From Psammoneis japonica (lineage: Eukaryota), in contig QPGO01000100.1 in NCBI GenBank assembly GCA_008632985.1, positions 1 to 64,000 on the forward strand: a DNA stretch of 64,000 bases. Reading direction: 5' to 3'. The position numbers and the translations under genes are program-made. The notes beneath the pieces were generated by a model. The model searched no databases, was not told the DNA's origin, and saw nothing but the letters and a program-made list of their open reading frames with translations. This document shows, piece by piece, positions 34,501 to 46,363 of the stretch (within the stretch, counting starts at the first letter, position 1; every line of letters begins with the position of its first letter).

Positions 34501-35097
34501 TACTTGGCCTTGACGAAGCAGTTCCCGTCCTACTGTCAGGTTTTTGATACCTCGCCAGATTATCTTCTGAACTATTGCAAGAATAACGATTACCAGAATT
34601 ATGGAAAGTCAAATTATGAAATGGAGGGAATCTTGGCCATTCCTGGATATGTAAACAAGGACAGCAAAGATGCCAAGTACGCACACGTGTCAGAACCAGT
34701 CTTGGTGACAATTACGCAAAAGGTGAAACGATCCGGCAGAGTCGTGTTTCGTACAAAGAAACCTACTCCATTGAAGTCAGGAATGTTCCCTAGGTCTCAG
34801 ATCAACGGTGATTTTCCCAATCCCAGGGCCGCAGCTAAGAAAGGCGTAAATTCCTTGTTGAAGGTCATGGTAGTTTACCGAGGCACCCGACAAAAAGATA
34901 CCCTGTTCTTTTCGCAAAACACAACGATTCAAATCCCGCTGCCCGAGCCTGGCGACACAGAATCACAAGATGAACCCCCTATGGTCTCGGAAAAATCAGA
35001 CGCTGTGGAGCTGGTCTTGGATACCAAGGGGCGAGACATTGAATCCATTCGCGTAAAGCCCGTTGAAACAAAAAGGACTGCGGTTCAAGGAAGATAA
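31575..35097 (+). CDS. Secreted mosaic protein: WDG-repeat domain, PT linkers, Cys-rich modules and an M64-like metallopeptidase
   Basis: Signal peptide and repeated (V/I)WDGxxW strands. Intron 33129-33213 (GTAAGT..TAG) joins EACCA|CDGG in frame. HNSGQYGGAG and HELGHSLFELADEY match the M64 (IgA peptidase) pattern. Confidence 0.8.
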
Positions 35098-35537
35098 GGC
35101 TGCCATCCTCGAAACGGTTGATAAAATGGCATCCCGTGGCTTTCTTGTTCAACGTACAACCCACAAAACAAAATCCTAACAAGCTTTCCATTTTATGCGC
35201 TCCTTCCGCCCCGAGATCTCGTTTCGACAAAATGTCGCAAAGCCGTCGGTTGGACGATTCTCTCGAAACACAATCACCGCCCTCTTTTTTGAAAAGCAGA
35301 TTCAACAAACTGTCTATAGTCGACCATCGTCGCTGAAACCGCCTTAAGTAGACACTTTCACACTTTCACACTTTCAACTTGCATGGTGCAGGTTACCTTC
35401 CAAATCTGCGTTGAAAAAGTGAGACATTGCTTGAACCTTGAACCCCTGCTGATTCTCGCGGCCTGCGCGCCCGCGCAGCGCTCGGCCATTCGCGCGTTAT
35501 ATATTTTTGCGCTTTTAGTAGTGCTTTTAGCGAGACG

Positions 35538-37328
35538 ATGACGGGGCCCCAGCGGCTTGTCGTTCTTACCGCAGTAGTCCTTGCATGTTGTTGCCATCCA
35601 AGCATTGAACAGACACATGATGATGAATGTAGTCTCTGGTTTGCACCTTCCACAATTCCTGGAGCTGGAATGGGCGTGTTTGCGGGCACAAATTTTTCAT
35701 GGAAGCAAGAGATTATGGAGAAAGGCGATGTCGTTATTCCAATAGTAGACATTTTCGCCCATCAGGAAGGTCGAATGGACCATTTCTTGCTCAACGAGTA
35801 CAGTTGGCACGCTATACCCCTCCTAATGGAAAACGAAGGCTTGGAAGTCATTGGCATGTCACCGGGCCTCGGTTCGGCGCTCAATTGTATTCTCGATTTA
35901 GTCAATGTGAAGGAATACCCACCAACTCAAATAAACGGTTCTGTTGGTCTGCATCGATCCAGAGATCCAGGGGCAGGGGCTTTTTCGTATTACCACAACC
36001 GACGCTCGATTGCCACCACGGACATCACTGCAGGACAAGAATTGTTTGTGGACTATGGAGTTGCATGGTTTGAATCTCGCGAGCAAGAGTTAGGTGCCCT
36101 GCCTCTGGCGAAAAACTATGAACTGGCAGGCTCTACCAGAATCGTCCAGAATTTCCGTCGTCTTCTTGACACGCTATGGGAATACTTAGTGCCTAGCACA
36201 TCAACCAACCAATCGAGAAGAGTGAATGCAATTTCAAACGATCCCGAAGAACTGTCGCGTGTGAAGGAAGCGAGCACCAGGAAGTATAGAAGGGAACAAG
36301 CAACAGTGTCTATGGACTACTTGAGAGAAAATGGCATGTGCGTTTCAAATCTACTTGTCGGCGAATCGAGAATACCTCAAGCAGGTCGTGGTGCTTTTGC
36401 AGGCCGAGCCTTTCAAGAGGGAGACGTGGTGGCGCCGATGCCTCTGATTCACCTTGTGGACGGCAGACTACAGATGGAGATGTACCAGGTCGAAAAGCAC
36501 AAAACGGAGAATTTCTTTGCCTTGAGGAATCGAACGAATCTGGTAGGACACCAGCTGATGATGAACTACTGTTTTGGTCATCCAGAATCCACCGTGTTTC
36601 TTTGTCCCTATGGATTGCGAACAAGCTTTGTCAATCACGATTTCAACAATTACAATGTCAAGATTCGTTGGGGCGATGAACAGAGAACCAGTCACAATTT
36701 TGCATGGCTTAAACAGTCACTGAAGAAATTGCGAATGCAAAAGAGTGCCGTATTAGCGTTTGAGTTGGTTGCAACACGACCAATCAAAGAGGGAGAAGAA
36801 GTTCTTTTGAATTATGGTGCTGAATGGGAAGAAGCGTGGAGGACGCATGTGCAAAATTGGCAAGCACAAGAGAACTCTACCAACTACAAGTCGTCTCGAG
36901 AGTACAACGAGGATAAGAAGTCGCCGCTCAAAACGGCGTTTGACGAGCTAGAAGATAAATATCCCGAGAATGTGAAATTGAAATGCCATTCCATCTTTCT
37001 CGACAGCAAGGTGTGGAAACGACTGGTGGCTCGAGGGCAGGACTTGGATTCCTACATTGCCAAATCGGAGGAGAACAAGTACGTTTCATGTGACATTACA
37101 GCAAGGTACCAGAGTGAGGACAAGTCTCATTACTTGTACACGGCAGTTTCTCAGGAAGATGAAGCGAAAGATCCCATTCGCATGGCCGATTTACCCCGAG
37201 AAGCGTTTGTCTTTATTGATGAGGTCTTCACGACCGACCTTTATCTTAAGAACGCATTTCGTCACGAGGCAATCATACCGGATGAGATGATACCGAATCA
37301 CTGGCGAAACCTCAAGCGAAAAGGCTAA
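35538..37328 (+). CDS. Double SET-domain protein, copy 2
   Basis: Intact 596-aa ORF, colinear paralogue of 19497-21394, with a signal-peptide-like N-terminus LVVLTAVVLACCC. Confidence 0.9.
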   Translation: MTGPQRLVVLTAVVLACCCHPSIEQTHDDECSLWFAPSTIPGAGMGVFAGTNFSWKQEIMEKGDVVIPIVDIFAHQEGRMDHFLLNEYSWHAIPLLMENEGLEVIGMSPGLGSALNCILDLVNVKEYPPTQINGSVGLHRSRDPGAGAFSYYHNRRSIATTDITAGQELFVDYGVAWFESREQELGALPLAKNYELAGSTRIVQNFRRLLDTLWEYLVPSTSTNQSRRVNAISNDPEELSRVKEASTRKYRREQATVSMDYLRENGMCVSNLLVGESRIPQAGRGAFAGRAFQEGDVVAPMPLIHLVDGRLQMEMYQVEKHKTENFFALRNRTNLVGHQLMMNYCFGHPESTVFLCPYGLRTSFVNHDFNNYNVKIRWGDEQRTSHNFAWLKQSLKKLRMQKSAVLAFELVATRPIKEGEEVLLNYGAEWEEAWRTHVQNWQAQENSTNYKSSREYNEDKKSPLKTAFDELEDKYPENVKLKCHSIFLDSKVWKRLVARGQDLDSYIAKSEENKYVSCDITARYQSEDKSHYLYTAVSQEDEAKDPIRMADLPREAFVFIDEVFTTDLYLKNAFRHEAIIPDEMIPNHWRNLKRKG

Positions 37329-37425
37329 GCAAGGGAAGCAGAATGGATTAATTTACACAACCGCAGGAGATCATCGGACGGAGCTTCAAAAGCGAACATC
37401 TTTGTACATCATACATGAGTCTTCC

Positions 37426-38430
37426 TCAGTAATTTTTGCTGGGTCTGTATCGCATGTTGCTATTAGCACTGCGACCTGATGCCATACCTCGGTTGCTACC
37501 GGTCGCAACAACGGGACGTCTCGGTGCTCCTGCGCTCGACTTCTTCTTAACTGTCTTTGGACCTCCATGCCTTCGCTTGGATTGAGCCCTGTTATCTTCT
37601 TCCAGAAAGGTTCCCAATAGTAATGAGAAAAGCAAAGAGAACAACCCCACAACCAAGGCTAATATTCCTTGCCACGACAAACCCGCATTTTCATTTATAT
37701 TCACACTGTGTCTCCGTTGGAAAATGTACGAATCGACCCGGCTCACCATACTTCGTGTCCGCCGCTTGGACTGTTTCAAGCCAAATTGCTTCATAATCAA
37801 CACACGGTGATTAGTTCCGTCATAAGACGGCGCCAAGAACTCGTCCAGAGCACCTAATTCGACAAAGCCATGTTGCATGGATCCGTCACTTCCTCGAGGG
37901 GGTGAAAGCACGATAACATATGTGTTGTAGTTGCCGTCCTTATCGGGCCCTTCGAATTGATTTCCTTTCTGTACTTCTTTGTACCTCTGCCGGTGCTATA
38001 GTTACGAAGGGGTGACTTGTCGACTTGCACAAAATTGCCATCTCCGTCCACCTTGATTGTTTCGGATTTGAACAACTGCTTTCGTGCCACCGTAAGAGAC
38101 GAGGTGCCTCTTCTTCCGTTTGGTGTGATTGCCAGAGTGCATTCGTGTGCATCGCAATTTATCCGAATCGATGCTAAAAGGTTTTTTATGGATCAAAAGA
38201 ATAAAAGAAAGAGCATAAAAGGTGAATCAACGATCAAATGAAGCAACGATACTCGATTCCAAACACAACATACCGTGATGATATCTCAGGTGTAGATACC
38301 CAAAAAGGATCATGCATAACTCGCAAAACAAGTGTAGTAGGATACCTTTGTGGACGTTTTAGCATTTTTCCATGCACGCACAATCGGTGCATCCATATGG
38401 ATTGCTCTTCCCGACCCGTCTGCATGGGAG
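37426..38430 (-). CDS. Hypothetical protein with a C-terminal TM helix (5' end uncertain)
   Basis: Overlapping ORFs 37854-38090 and 37426-37911, with TM segment WQGILALVVGLFSLLFSLLLG. Probable intron ~38175-38273. Confidence 0.45.
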
Positions 38431-38518
38431 TAGGATGACGATGCGATTGGCAAGTCGTCTTTGCGAGAAAATCGCGCAAACATTTGAAATTGTTTTCTGC
38501 TCTTCTGGGATGTGACTT

Positions 38519-38560
38519 GAAAAACAAAAACAAACAAACAAACAAACAAACAAACAAAAC
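38519..38560. repeat. (AAAC)n microsatellite
   Basis: aaaacaaaaacaaacaaacaaacaaacaaacaaacaaaac. Confidence 0.9.
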
Positions 38561-38966
38561 TGATACACAGCAATCCAGAGGAAACAACGATCTGTGTTAT
38601 GGAAAGTTAGAAGACGACGCAACCCCGTTAGTTCGTTTGTAACAGCTTGCACCTGCTTCAACGACATGATCTCATCATGCGACGCGACGCGTCCGGCGTC
38701 CGCGAAGAAAAAGCGCGGGAAGCGAAAGCCGTAGGGAATCTCGTGTTTTCCACGATTGCTCACTTACGTCATTCCGTTACTGCAACTAACGTAAAACAAT
38801 CCAGAAGGAGTGAGAAACGTGCTATGCAGGATTCCATAAAGGATTCCATAAGCAAGGCGGAACCTCACTTTTTCGCACGACAAAAGTCGCACGGGACAAC
38901 CAAGGGACCCCAACTTGCTCACAATTTGAGAGAAAAAAGCACAACTGAAAAAAAAACGTACAAGAA

Positions 38967-39658
38967 ATGGGATGTACCGAATCTGTACCAGTTCACACTG
39001 AATTTGATGTACCGTCAACATGGACAAGACCATGCCGTCATTGGGTGCCGACTTTAACGCCGGCCCGTCGGATGAAAGGATAGACTTGGTTGTTAGAGAG
39101 AAACTATTCTCGTGGAGCGGCGATGATTACAGAATAATGACACAAGGGCGACGCCCACTTGGAGCCGACCTGAGAATTCAAGGAAAGGTGTTTGCTTTTC
39201 GGGACCAAATGGTTCTAATGGATAGGAACAAGACTACCGTAGCAGTGATTTTGAGAAAGTTTGAGCCCATCGGACAGCAATTCAAGATATACTCCACAAA
39301 ACCACTGTACCCTGGTCAAACACCGTCAAAGAGAAAATACAAGGACTACAAGCTCTATATACATTGAAAAGTGGACCGCGTTCCTTTCTCGCTGGTACAG
39401 AAAGTTACATTTGACAATGAGACAAGTCCGTCTATTACAATTACGCGCGTCGGTTCCCTGTGGTGGCCCAAGCAACGTGTCGTCAAGTACCGTGGCAAAA
39501 CTGCTGCAATGATGGATGGAGGGAATTGGGGAGGAAACTGGAACTCATATCTCGTTTCCGTGAATCCTGGATTTGATCCGTGCTTGATGGTTTGCCTCAC
39601 TGCGATTTGCGACGAAATGGACGAAAGGGAGCGCGAGAGCCGAAACAACGATTACTAA
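38967..39658 (+). CDS. LURP1/Tubby-C-like (scramblase-fold) protein with an in-frame TGA
   Basis: Motifs LVVREKLFSWSGDDYRI, IQGKVFAFRDQMVLMD and YLVSVNPGFDPCLMVCL. Likely start MGCTES (acylation motif) at 38967 via a frameshift. TGA at 39365-39367 is in frame with the downstream ORF. Confidence 0.7.
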
Positions 39659-40579
39659 TATAAATTGTTACGATATTACAAATAGTACAGAAACAATAGA
39701 GGATAGAGTGCTGACGATCATTTGGCACCAAAATTTCGGCTTTCAGCGTTCTTCGGGAAAAAGTGTAGCAACGACCTAATTTGAACATGGTGTTCGGAGA
39801 TCGAATCTGTAGACGAAGCGCAGACAAACGGTCATTGAGAAGGAGAAATTTCCAATAGTACAAAATGGAAAGAGATAAAACATTATGCCGACGAAACGAC
39901 AAATCAAAGTTAATTGCAGTTCTCACCTCCCTGCTCCAGGACACGAGAAGATCCATCATCGTTTGTTCGGGTAAGGTATGGATTAGCTCGAGATGCGTAG
40001 GTTTCTCTGATCGCTTCCTGAGTTTCAGACCACAACATAAATTGTAAACGGGGTTCAATTTTGCGTGGTTATGTGCGACTGCTGCCACCATCGAGTAAAA
40101 CGTCAGAATCGCGTCTTTCTAGTGCTGGCGATGATTGAGGCTCTTGTCGTCGTCTCTTTAGGGCCCCGATTAGCTCGCGGCGCTTCCTGAGGCAGATCGA
40201 TCCGCCTACAACAGTCAGAAACAGAAGCATTGCAGAATATGAATAGTGATCTTCTCTGCCTTTTGGGCAGAAACGGGAATTTTGGGCGCAGGCCAAGCAA
40301 TGCCGCTTTCGCTTTATGTCAGTGACTTTTTATGCTGCCGTCTCAGTCTAATAACTGGTGCGTCCGGTCCTACGAAGCCAAATGATTGATGCCGATAGAC
40401 GAAAAGTGATTGAATTAAACCTGAGATAAACCGATGTGCTTTGTCAAAGTTTTATCGCTTATGAATTGAAAACGTGCGTTTCACACCTATTGGCATCCTT
40501 AACAGTCATCAAGACCCCAAACACGGAGTCTTTCCCGGTGCCCATTTTACTCAAACTGCATAGGGATGTGCCTCAGTCC

Positions 40580-41282
40580 TCATGGTCGGAGCTTCTTTAC
40601 TCCGTGCGCAATATCCAGATCCAAACCCTCATCCGCTTTCACGTCGAGCGTTGTGCCTCCAACCGTTAGCTTCAAGAGGAGTACACCACGTCGGTCTCCA
40701 ATTACCAGAGCTGTTCCATTACGTTCCTTTCCTTTCACCTCGATAAAGGAACGAATACCCTGGGTTGGTCGTCCACCGTCCACAACTATTGTCGATGGAC
40801 GACGAGAGAGAATGTTTCCCATTTCAACGATTCACCACCGCCAAGAAGCTTGAGCGCTTCTTCGTCATTCGAAAGAGTCTTTTCAGCAGAAACGCGAAGA
40901 CGATTCAGCAAGTGCTCGTCGACGTCACTGTCGTCGGATTCATTGTCAAAAGATAGCGGTTTCTTTAGGTCTGGCGAAAATGGTTCCTTCAAGGCATTCA
41001 CTGTGTCTTGAAGCATGGACTGTGTTGCGGCATTTCGTCTTTGAAACTTTTTGGTATTTTCTCGCTCCTTTGCCTTGTCCTGTTTGTCATCTTTCTGAAA
41101 GAGTCCCATGGCCTTGTCAAACAAGGACTCTTGTTGTCGGTTGATTTGGAGAGATATAATGCCTGTGATGGCGCCGCTCTGTGTGTGACTCTGGTGGCCA
41201 CATGTGGGGTGAACGCGAGCGACGCAGCCAGCATCACGGAGAATGCGGCGAAGAAAATGGCAGCTGTGTGTTGTTGATTCAT
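40580..41282 (-). CDS. Hypothetical plastid-targeted protein
   Basis: MNQQHTAAIFFAAFSVMLAASLA|FTP gives a signal peptide plus ASAFAP-type motif. It continues through ORFs 40786-41124 and 40580-40822 via frameshifts. Confidence 0.6.
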
Positions 41283-41560
41283 TGTAGAATAGATTGATTT
41301 ACGATTTATGAGAAGAGAGAGCGCAAAAGCTGAAGGAACGGTAAAGAAACGATCAGAGCAGATGGATCGTGTCAATGCGTGTCGCGGTGTCAAAAAACAT
41401 CTCTCCGACATTTCAAAATTTATTTTCATGTATGAATAAGCTTCAAATCTGTCGTGACTGGAAACAACGACTCGTGACTCATCGATCCATCCGTCCGTCC
41501 TCCGTGCGGGATGATTTTTCAGGTTCTCAGCTTTCAGTCGCATTCCATAGTTCACCGACC

Positions 41561-42873
41561 ATGGCGTCAAACAACAATACTCCACCACAACGGTCCTTCG
41601 TGTCAAGAGACCACGTCATGTAGAACCTGTATCCCTCTTATGTGTTGATTTGGAACGAAAGAGAAAGAGGCAACGACACGATGAGCAAGAACTTCTCGAT
41701 GGGATGCAGCACCTTATGCACCATTCGACCTATGTTTCAGCACAGCAACAGCGACACGCCAGCAGTAGTACAGTCACTTGGAAATTAATGACTAATGAAG
41801 TCGACTCGAAAGAAAATGTTCGCTACGTTGATGCTCTTCTAGGCAATGATGATGGAGATAAAGATGAAGAAGAAGATGATATGCCCAAAACAAAGCGACG
41901 ACGTTTAGCTTTGACGCTTTTGCAGGATTCACACGACAAGTCGACAGAAGCAGCTCCAAAACCAAGTCCATCGCCCAAAAAGCAAAACATCATATTGGAT
42001 CCCTTATCTCGTTTAGTTGACGATAGCTTGAAACAGGTTTTTACAGGTGGCGTTACAATTGCTCAGCACTTGGACTTTATCGCTCAAGACCCGAGGTTGT
42101 CTGCTGCAGGTGCTCTCAGCAAAAATCAAGATTGGTTAGCTTGGAGTACTCAAACAGGTGGCACCATCTTGCATGCGGCTGTGCTGCTAGATGACAAGGA
42201 AAATACCCAGCGCATTCTGTCTCTGGAGGCATCATCACAAAGTGCCGTCCTGGACGCGGTGGATGGAGACGGCAAGACCCCACTCGAGGTTGCAACATCG
42301 GTGGGGCACGACCGCGTTGCCGAATTACTAGAATCCCAATTGACTGCAGCCAACAACAGTGAAGAAGATGAAGACTTTGTCTATGACATGTTTTGCATTC
42401 AAGACAACACTACCACCCAGGCGAGGCCAGCGGTGAAGCGGACGAGACCAAAGAAATACTCGATGCAACCCCCCTGGCGGAACTTCGTGGCGGAATTGGA
42501 TATTGGAATGAGGAGGGAGAGTTGGTACTGGAAGCCTTGCCAGAAAAGTATGGGTCGGACGACGAAGAAGAGAACGATGAGGACGTCGATTCCAATTGCG
42601 AGGATTACGCGGGAAATGATTACCCCGACGAACAGGCATGGCCGGATGATGACGACGACGACACTTTTGGAGAACACGATAACAACTTTCGCAACCGTCC
42701 GATTGACTTGGGCAGAATGGAGCACTTCATGCGCCTCTGCAGCATGCACAGGCTCCGACGACGAGTACTATGAAGACATTAGTGCTCATTATGATCTCTA
42801 CGAATCAACTGCACAACCGGATAGAGTCTACGCCTATGACTACGAGTTGGACGGGGATTCCGATGGCGTCTAG
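41561..42873 (+). CDS. IWR1: Iwr1-like RNA polymerase II import factor with an ankyrin-repeat insert
   Basis: N-terminal VLRVKRPRHVEP..L.VDLERKRKR, then DFVYDMF and DEDVDSNCEDYAGNDYPDE. Ankyrin repeats GGTILHAAV...DGDGKTPLEVA..VGHDRVAELL. Several frameshifts. Confidence 0.7.
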
Positions 42874-43172
42874 AGCTATGATTGACATGGTTTAACTTCA
42901 AAAACTAAGAAATGAGTTCGTCAGGCACTGTAGTTGAACGGAATTCCAACTTGAAACTTTGGCACGGAGTCGCTGAATGACGTGTCAGTCCTTTTACTTT
43001 CGTTCGAATTCTCAGATTCCCTCCGCACTTTTGTCGCGACGATGACCAGCTGCATCGGCAGTTGGATGGATTGATCGCTTTAGCTTGTTCTGTGTTTTCA
43101 TAAGAAGCCGTTATTCCTTGTAGATGCAATCTTCCTTCTTATCTTTGACATTCTTTTTTCAATAATTTGAAA

Positions 43173-45201
43173 ATGACAAGAAGTAGCGCGGAAGATGCTC
43201 TCCGATTGTTGGAGAACACCGATAATAGCACCTTTGCCAACACGACGAATACTACGGTGTTTGATGAGGCCGAAGAAATCCATGAATTCGATGCATATGC
43301 CTCCTTATTTCTCAACGTTACAATTATTGGTTGCCTCTTGTTGGCATATTATGTCAGACTCCATCGAATTTACTATTTGCCAGAGAGTGCTGGTGCGCTG
43401 TTGGTGGGTGTTGTATGTGGAGGTATTGCACGACTTACGACCGACAATACAAAGTTGCTGGAGTTTGTAAGTGGAAACATCCCTGTCTGGATCCTGAGGA
43501 AAGTCACGTTGATTGATTCTAACTATCTGGTTGTGACTGTCGCGTTTTCTTGAACTACTGTTCCTGTAGTCACCCGAGCTCTTTTTCTTATACTGTTGCC
43601 ACCCATTATTTTCGGTGAGGACGAATGATCGTTTGATCTTGGATCGAGAATGAAGTTTAAAGCATGTCACTAATTTTTTCTTTTACTGGGGTTCTTGTAG
43701 AGGCTGGGTATAGTCTAAAGCGAAAGCATTTCTTTGAAAACATTGTGAGTTAAAGTATTCTTCAGTGATGTCGGAATCCAGCTAAGTGCTTCACTTAATA
43801 CTCTCTTTTCATATCGAACCAATCGTATTACAGGGCGCCATTACACTTTATGCATGTTTGGAACGATGATATCGACTTTCTGGTCGGAGGGCTTTCGTTT
43901 TACGCGGCCAAGTTTGGTCTTATTAGAGATATCGATGGTCAAAATCCCATGGAGGCCCTCCTTTTGGAGCGCTGGTAAGCGATTCTGGGCCGTCAGACTT
44001 GTGTGCACTTGAGCATTTCAATTTACTCTTTGTTTACACTGCTTTTCTGTGCATTTCATGACGTTTTTGTTAAAATAGATATCCGCGGTGGATCCAGTCG
44101 CAACGCTCTCCATCATGGGAAGTGCCGAGTTGCAGTGCGATCAACTCTTGTACAGTTTGGTGTTTGGCGAAAGTGTGCTGAACGATGCAATTGCTATTGT
44201 GCTCTTTAAGACATTTTTCAAGTATTACAACCCCGATGGCCCCGATTGGAGTGAATCTGAAATCCCTTCAGCGCTCATGTCCTTTGTCACTGTCTCGCTA
44301 CTTTCCATCTTGGTGGGTGTAGGGCTGGGTTTGGTTTCCTCCTTTATCTACAAGCATACGTCACTCTCTGATTTTCCAACCCTGGAAACGTCACTACTCT
44401 TTTGTTTCTGCTATTTGTGCTACTCAACGGCTGAGGCGATCGAATTGTCAGGGATTATGGCCTTATTCTTCAATGGGATCGTCTTGTCTCATTACAACTC
44501 TTACAATCTGAGTGAAGAGGCCCACGTTGCGTCGGAACAGATTTTTGCGACTCTTGCCACTGTCACGGAAACGGTTGTGTTTCTATACATGGGATGGGCG
44601 TATTATGGGGCGCTTTGCAAGCTTTGATGTCTGGTTCAGTCTTTTGGCTCTGCTTTTTTGCCTATTGGGACGAGCTATCAACATTTTTCCACTGTCCTGG
44701 ATAGCAAACCGATGTCGCAGAGGACACAATAGAATCCCTTTCAAGATGCAGTGTGTCCTGTGGTTTGCTGGACTTCGCGGGGCTATCGCCTTTGCACTGG
44801 CAGAAAACATGCCGGGTCCAAACGCCGACATCTACGCCACAACAACATTGTTCATTTGTATATTCACAACAGTTGTCTGTGGTGGCTTCACGGAACGAAT
44901 GTTATCGCGCTTTGGAATGAAGCGCGGCAGTAACCAATCGGATGACACTGAATTCGATGAAGATGATGAGGGCCTTGTGTCTGTCATTGCCAGCTATCCG
45001 CGGGTGCATGAAGCAAGGACATATGCGTATCAGGGTCTAAAGAAGATGTGGAAGGATTTTGATAGCGATTATTTGAAGCGATACTTTGGTGGTAGCTCGC
45101 GCGTTCAATCTGCAAGTCAGCGGCAGTCTATTGGGCATGATACAGGCAATCTGGGAAATTACGAACTCACATATCCTCAGGAGGAAGAAGACGAGGACTA
45201 G
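43173..45201 (+). CDS. CPA1 Na+/H+ exchanger (NHE8/NHX-like), multi-intron
   Basis: Motifs YYLPES, LLPPIIF, VDPVATLSI, LVFGESVLNDAIAIVL, LSGIMALFF and FAGLRGAIAFALA. Confidence 0.93.
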
Positions 45202-45331
45202 AGCGGGTTTGCGAAGTCATAGATGTACAGTTTTGAATAGCGCACCAAGCACAGTTTTTCACGGTTTCTTCTAATTTATTCATTTGCGCTGTTCCTTTGC
45301 GGTGCGCCCGAACCTTCCTGTGTCCCTTCTT

Positions 45332-46363
45332 CTAGTTAGCTTCTTGGAAATAAGAAATGGTTGTCGCCAAGGCTGTTTCGTATGGTGTTGCCTCCACCCG
45401 GAATGCCTTTGTGAAATCTGAATCATCAACAGTGTAATCCTCGACCCACCATGGCAACATTTCCTTCATTTCGGAAAGTATTCCATCACCAAACAGTTTG
45501 TCGAAAACACCGACGACAGAAAGCATGAACGGTGACAGAACGGAAACGCTTGAGCTCGCCTTGTCTTTTCCATTCACTTGGGAAGAAACGTCATAGGCAA
45601 TGTCGCGCAGACTCTTTCCATGTGCTACATGAGGACACACCCAGAACTTGTCGTATGCTTCTTCGTTGATAGAGGCGAGATAGAGAGCATTGGAAAAGTC
45701 TGGTACAAAGCAGGCATCATGAATGACGCTTGCGGAACCGATTGCCATTGGTTTCTTGCCCTGAACAAGGTTTCCAAAAAAGATATCTCCGAGTGCACTA
45801 GCCTTTGTGGCACGAGGTCCAAAGAAGTCTGAGCCCCCAACAACTGTGAGTAGGCTGGGATACTTTTCCATGTGTTCTTTGAACTTGTCATGCATGATCG
45901 CTCGAACACCGAACTTGCTATCCAAGGACGGCTCCACTCGCTTGGACGACGATGAAATGTCGATGCCAGGTCCATAAGCGTATAGATCGTCGCAAAATAC
46001 AAGCTTGCTTTTTGTTGCAGCAGTAGCTTCCAGCAAACTATCCACCAGCTTTGGCCAGTGCTCGGACCAGTACTTTGCTTGGTATTTTGCAAACCCAATG
46101 GTACAGAAGACTATAGACGCGTCGCGACATCTTTCCACCGCCTCGTCAACATTCTCGGCATTGCCCTTGACAACTTCAACATTCGGTAACTTCGATAGAT
46201 AGACGGCGATTGACGACGAATCATTTTCTTGATCAGGAGTCGGAGGTCCAGATCGTGATACAGCCGTGATCTTCCAACTCGGTTCCTTTTCAACCAGTTG
46301 CTCGATCAGGCTTGCTCCGATAGCGCCGGTAGCGCCAAACACAACAATGTGTTTCGAGGTCAT
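45332..46363 (-). CDS. NAD-dependent epimerase/dehydratase (atypical SDR)
   Basis: GATGAIG Rossmann motif, LVFCDDLYAYGP and SDFFGP. Intronless 343 aa. Confidence 0.85.
   Translation of the reverse strand: MTSKHIVVFGATGAIGASLIEQLVEKEPSWKITAVSRSGPPTPDQENDSSSIAVYLSKLPNVEVVKGNAENVDEAVERCRDASIVFCTIGFAKYQAKYWSEHWPKLVDSLLEATAATKSKLVFCDDLYAYGPGIDISSSSKRVEPSLDSKFGVRAIMHDKFKEHMEKYPSLLTVVGGSDFFGPRATKASALGDIFFGNLVQGKKPMAIGSASVIHDACFVPDFSNALYLASINEEAYDKFWVCPHVAHGKSLRDIAYDVSSQVNGKDKASSSVSVLSPFMLSVVGVFDKLFGDGILSEMKEMLPWWVEDYTVDDSDFTKAFRVEATPYETALATTISYFQEAN

Noticed and set aside
40069..40300. Small TM-containing ORF
   Set aside because: It has no clear ATG context or recognisable motif, so it cannot be supported.
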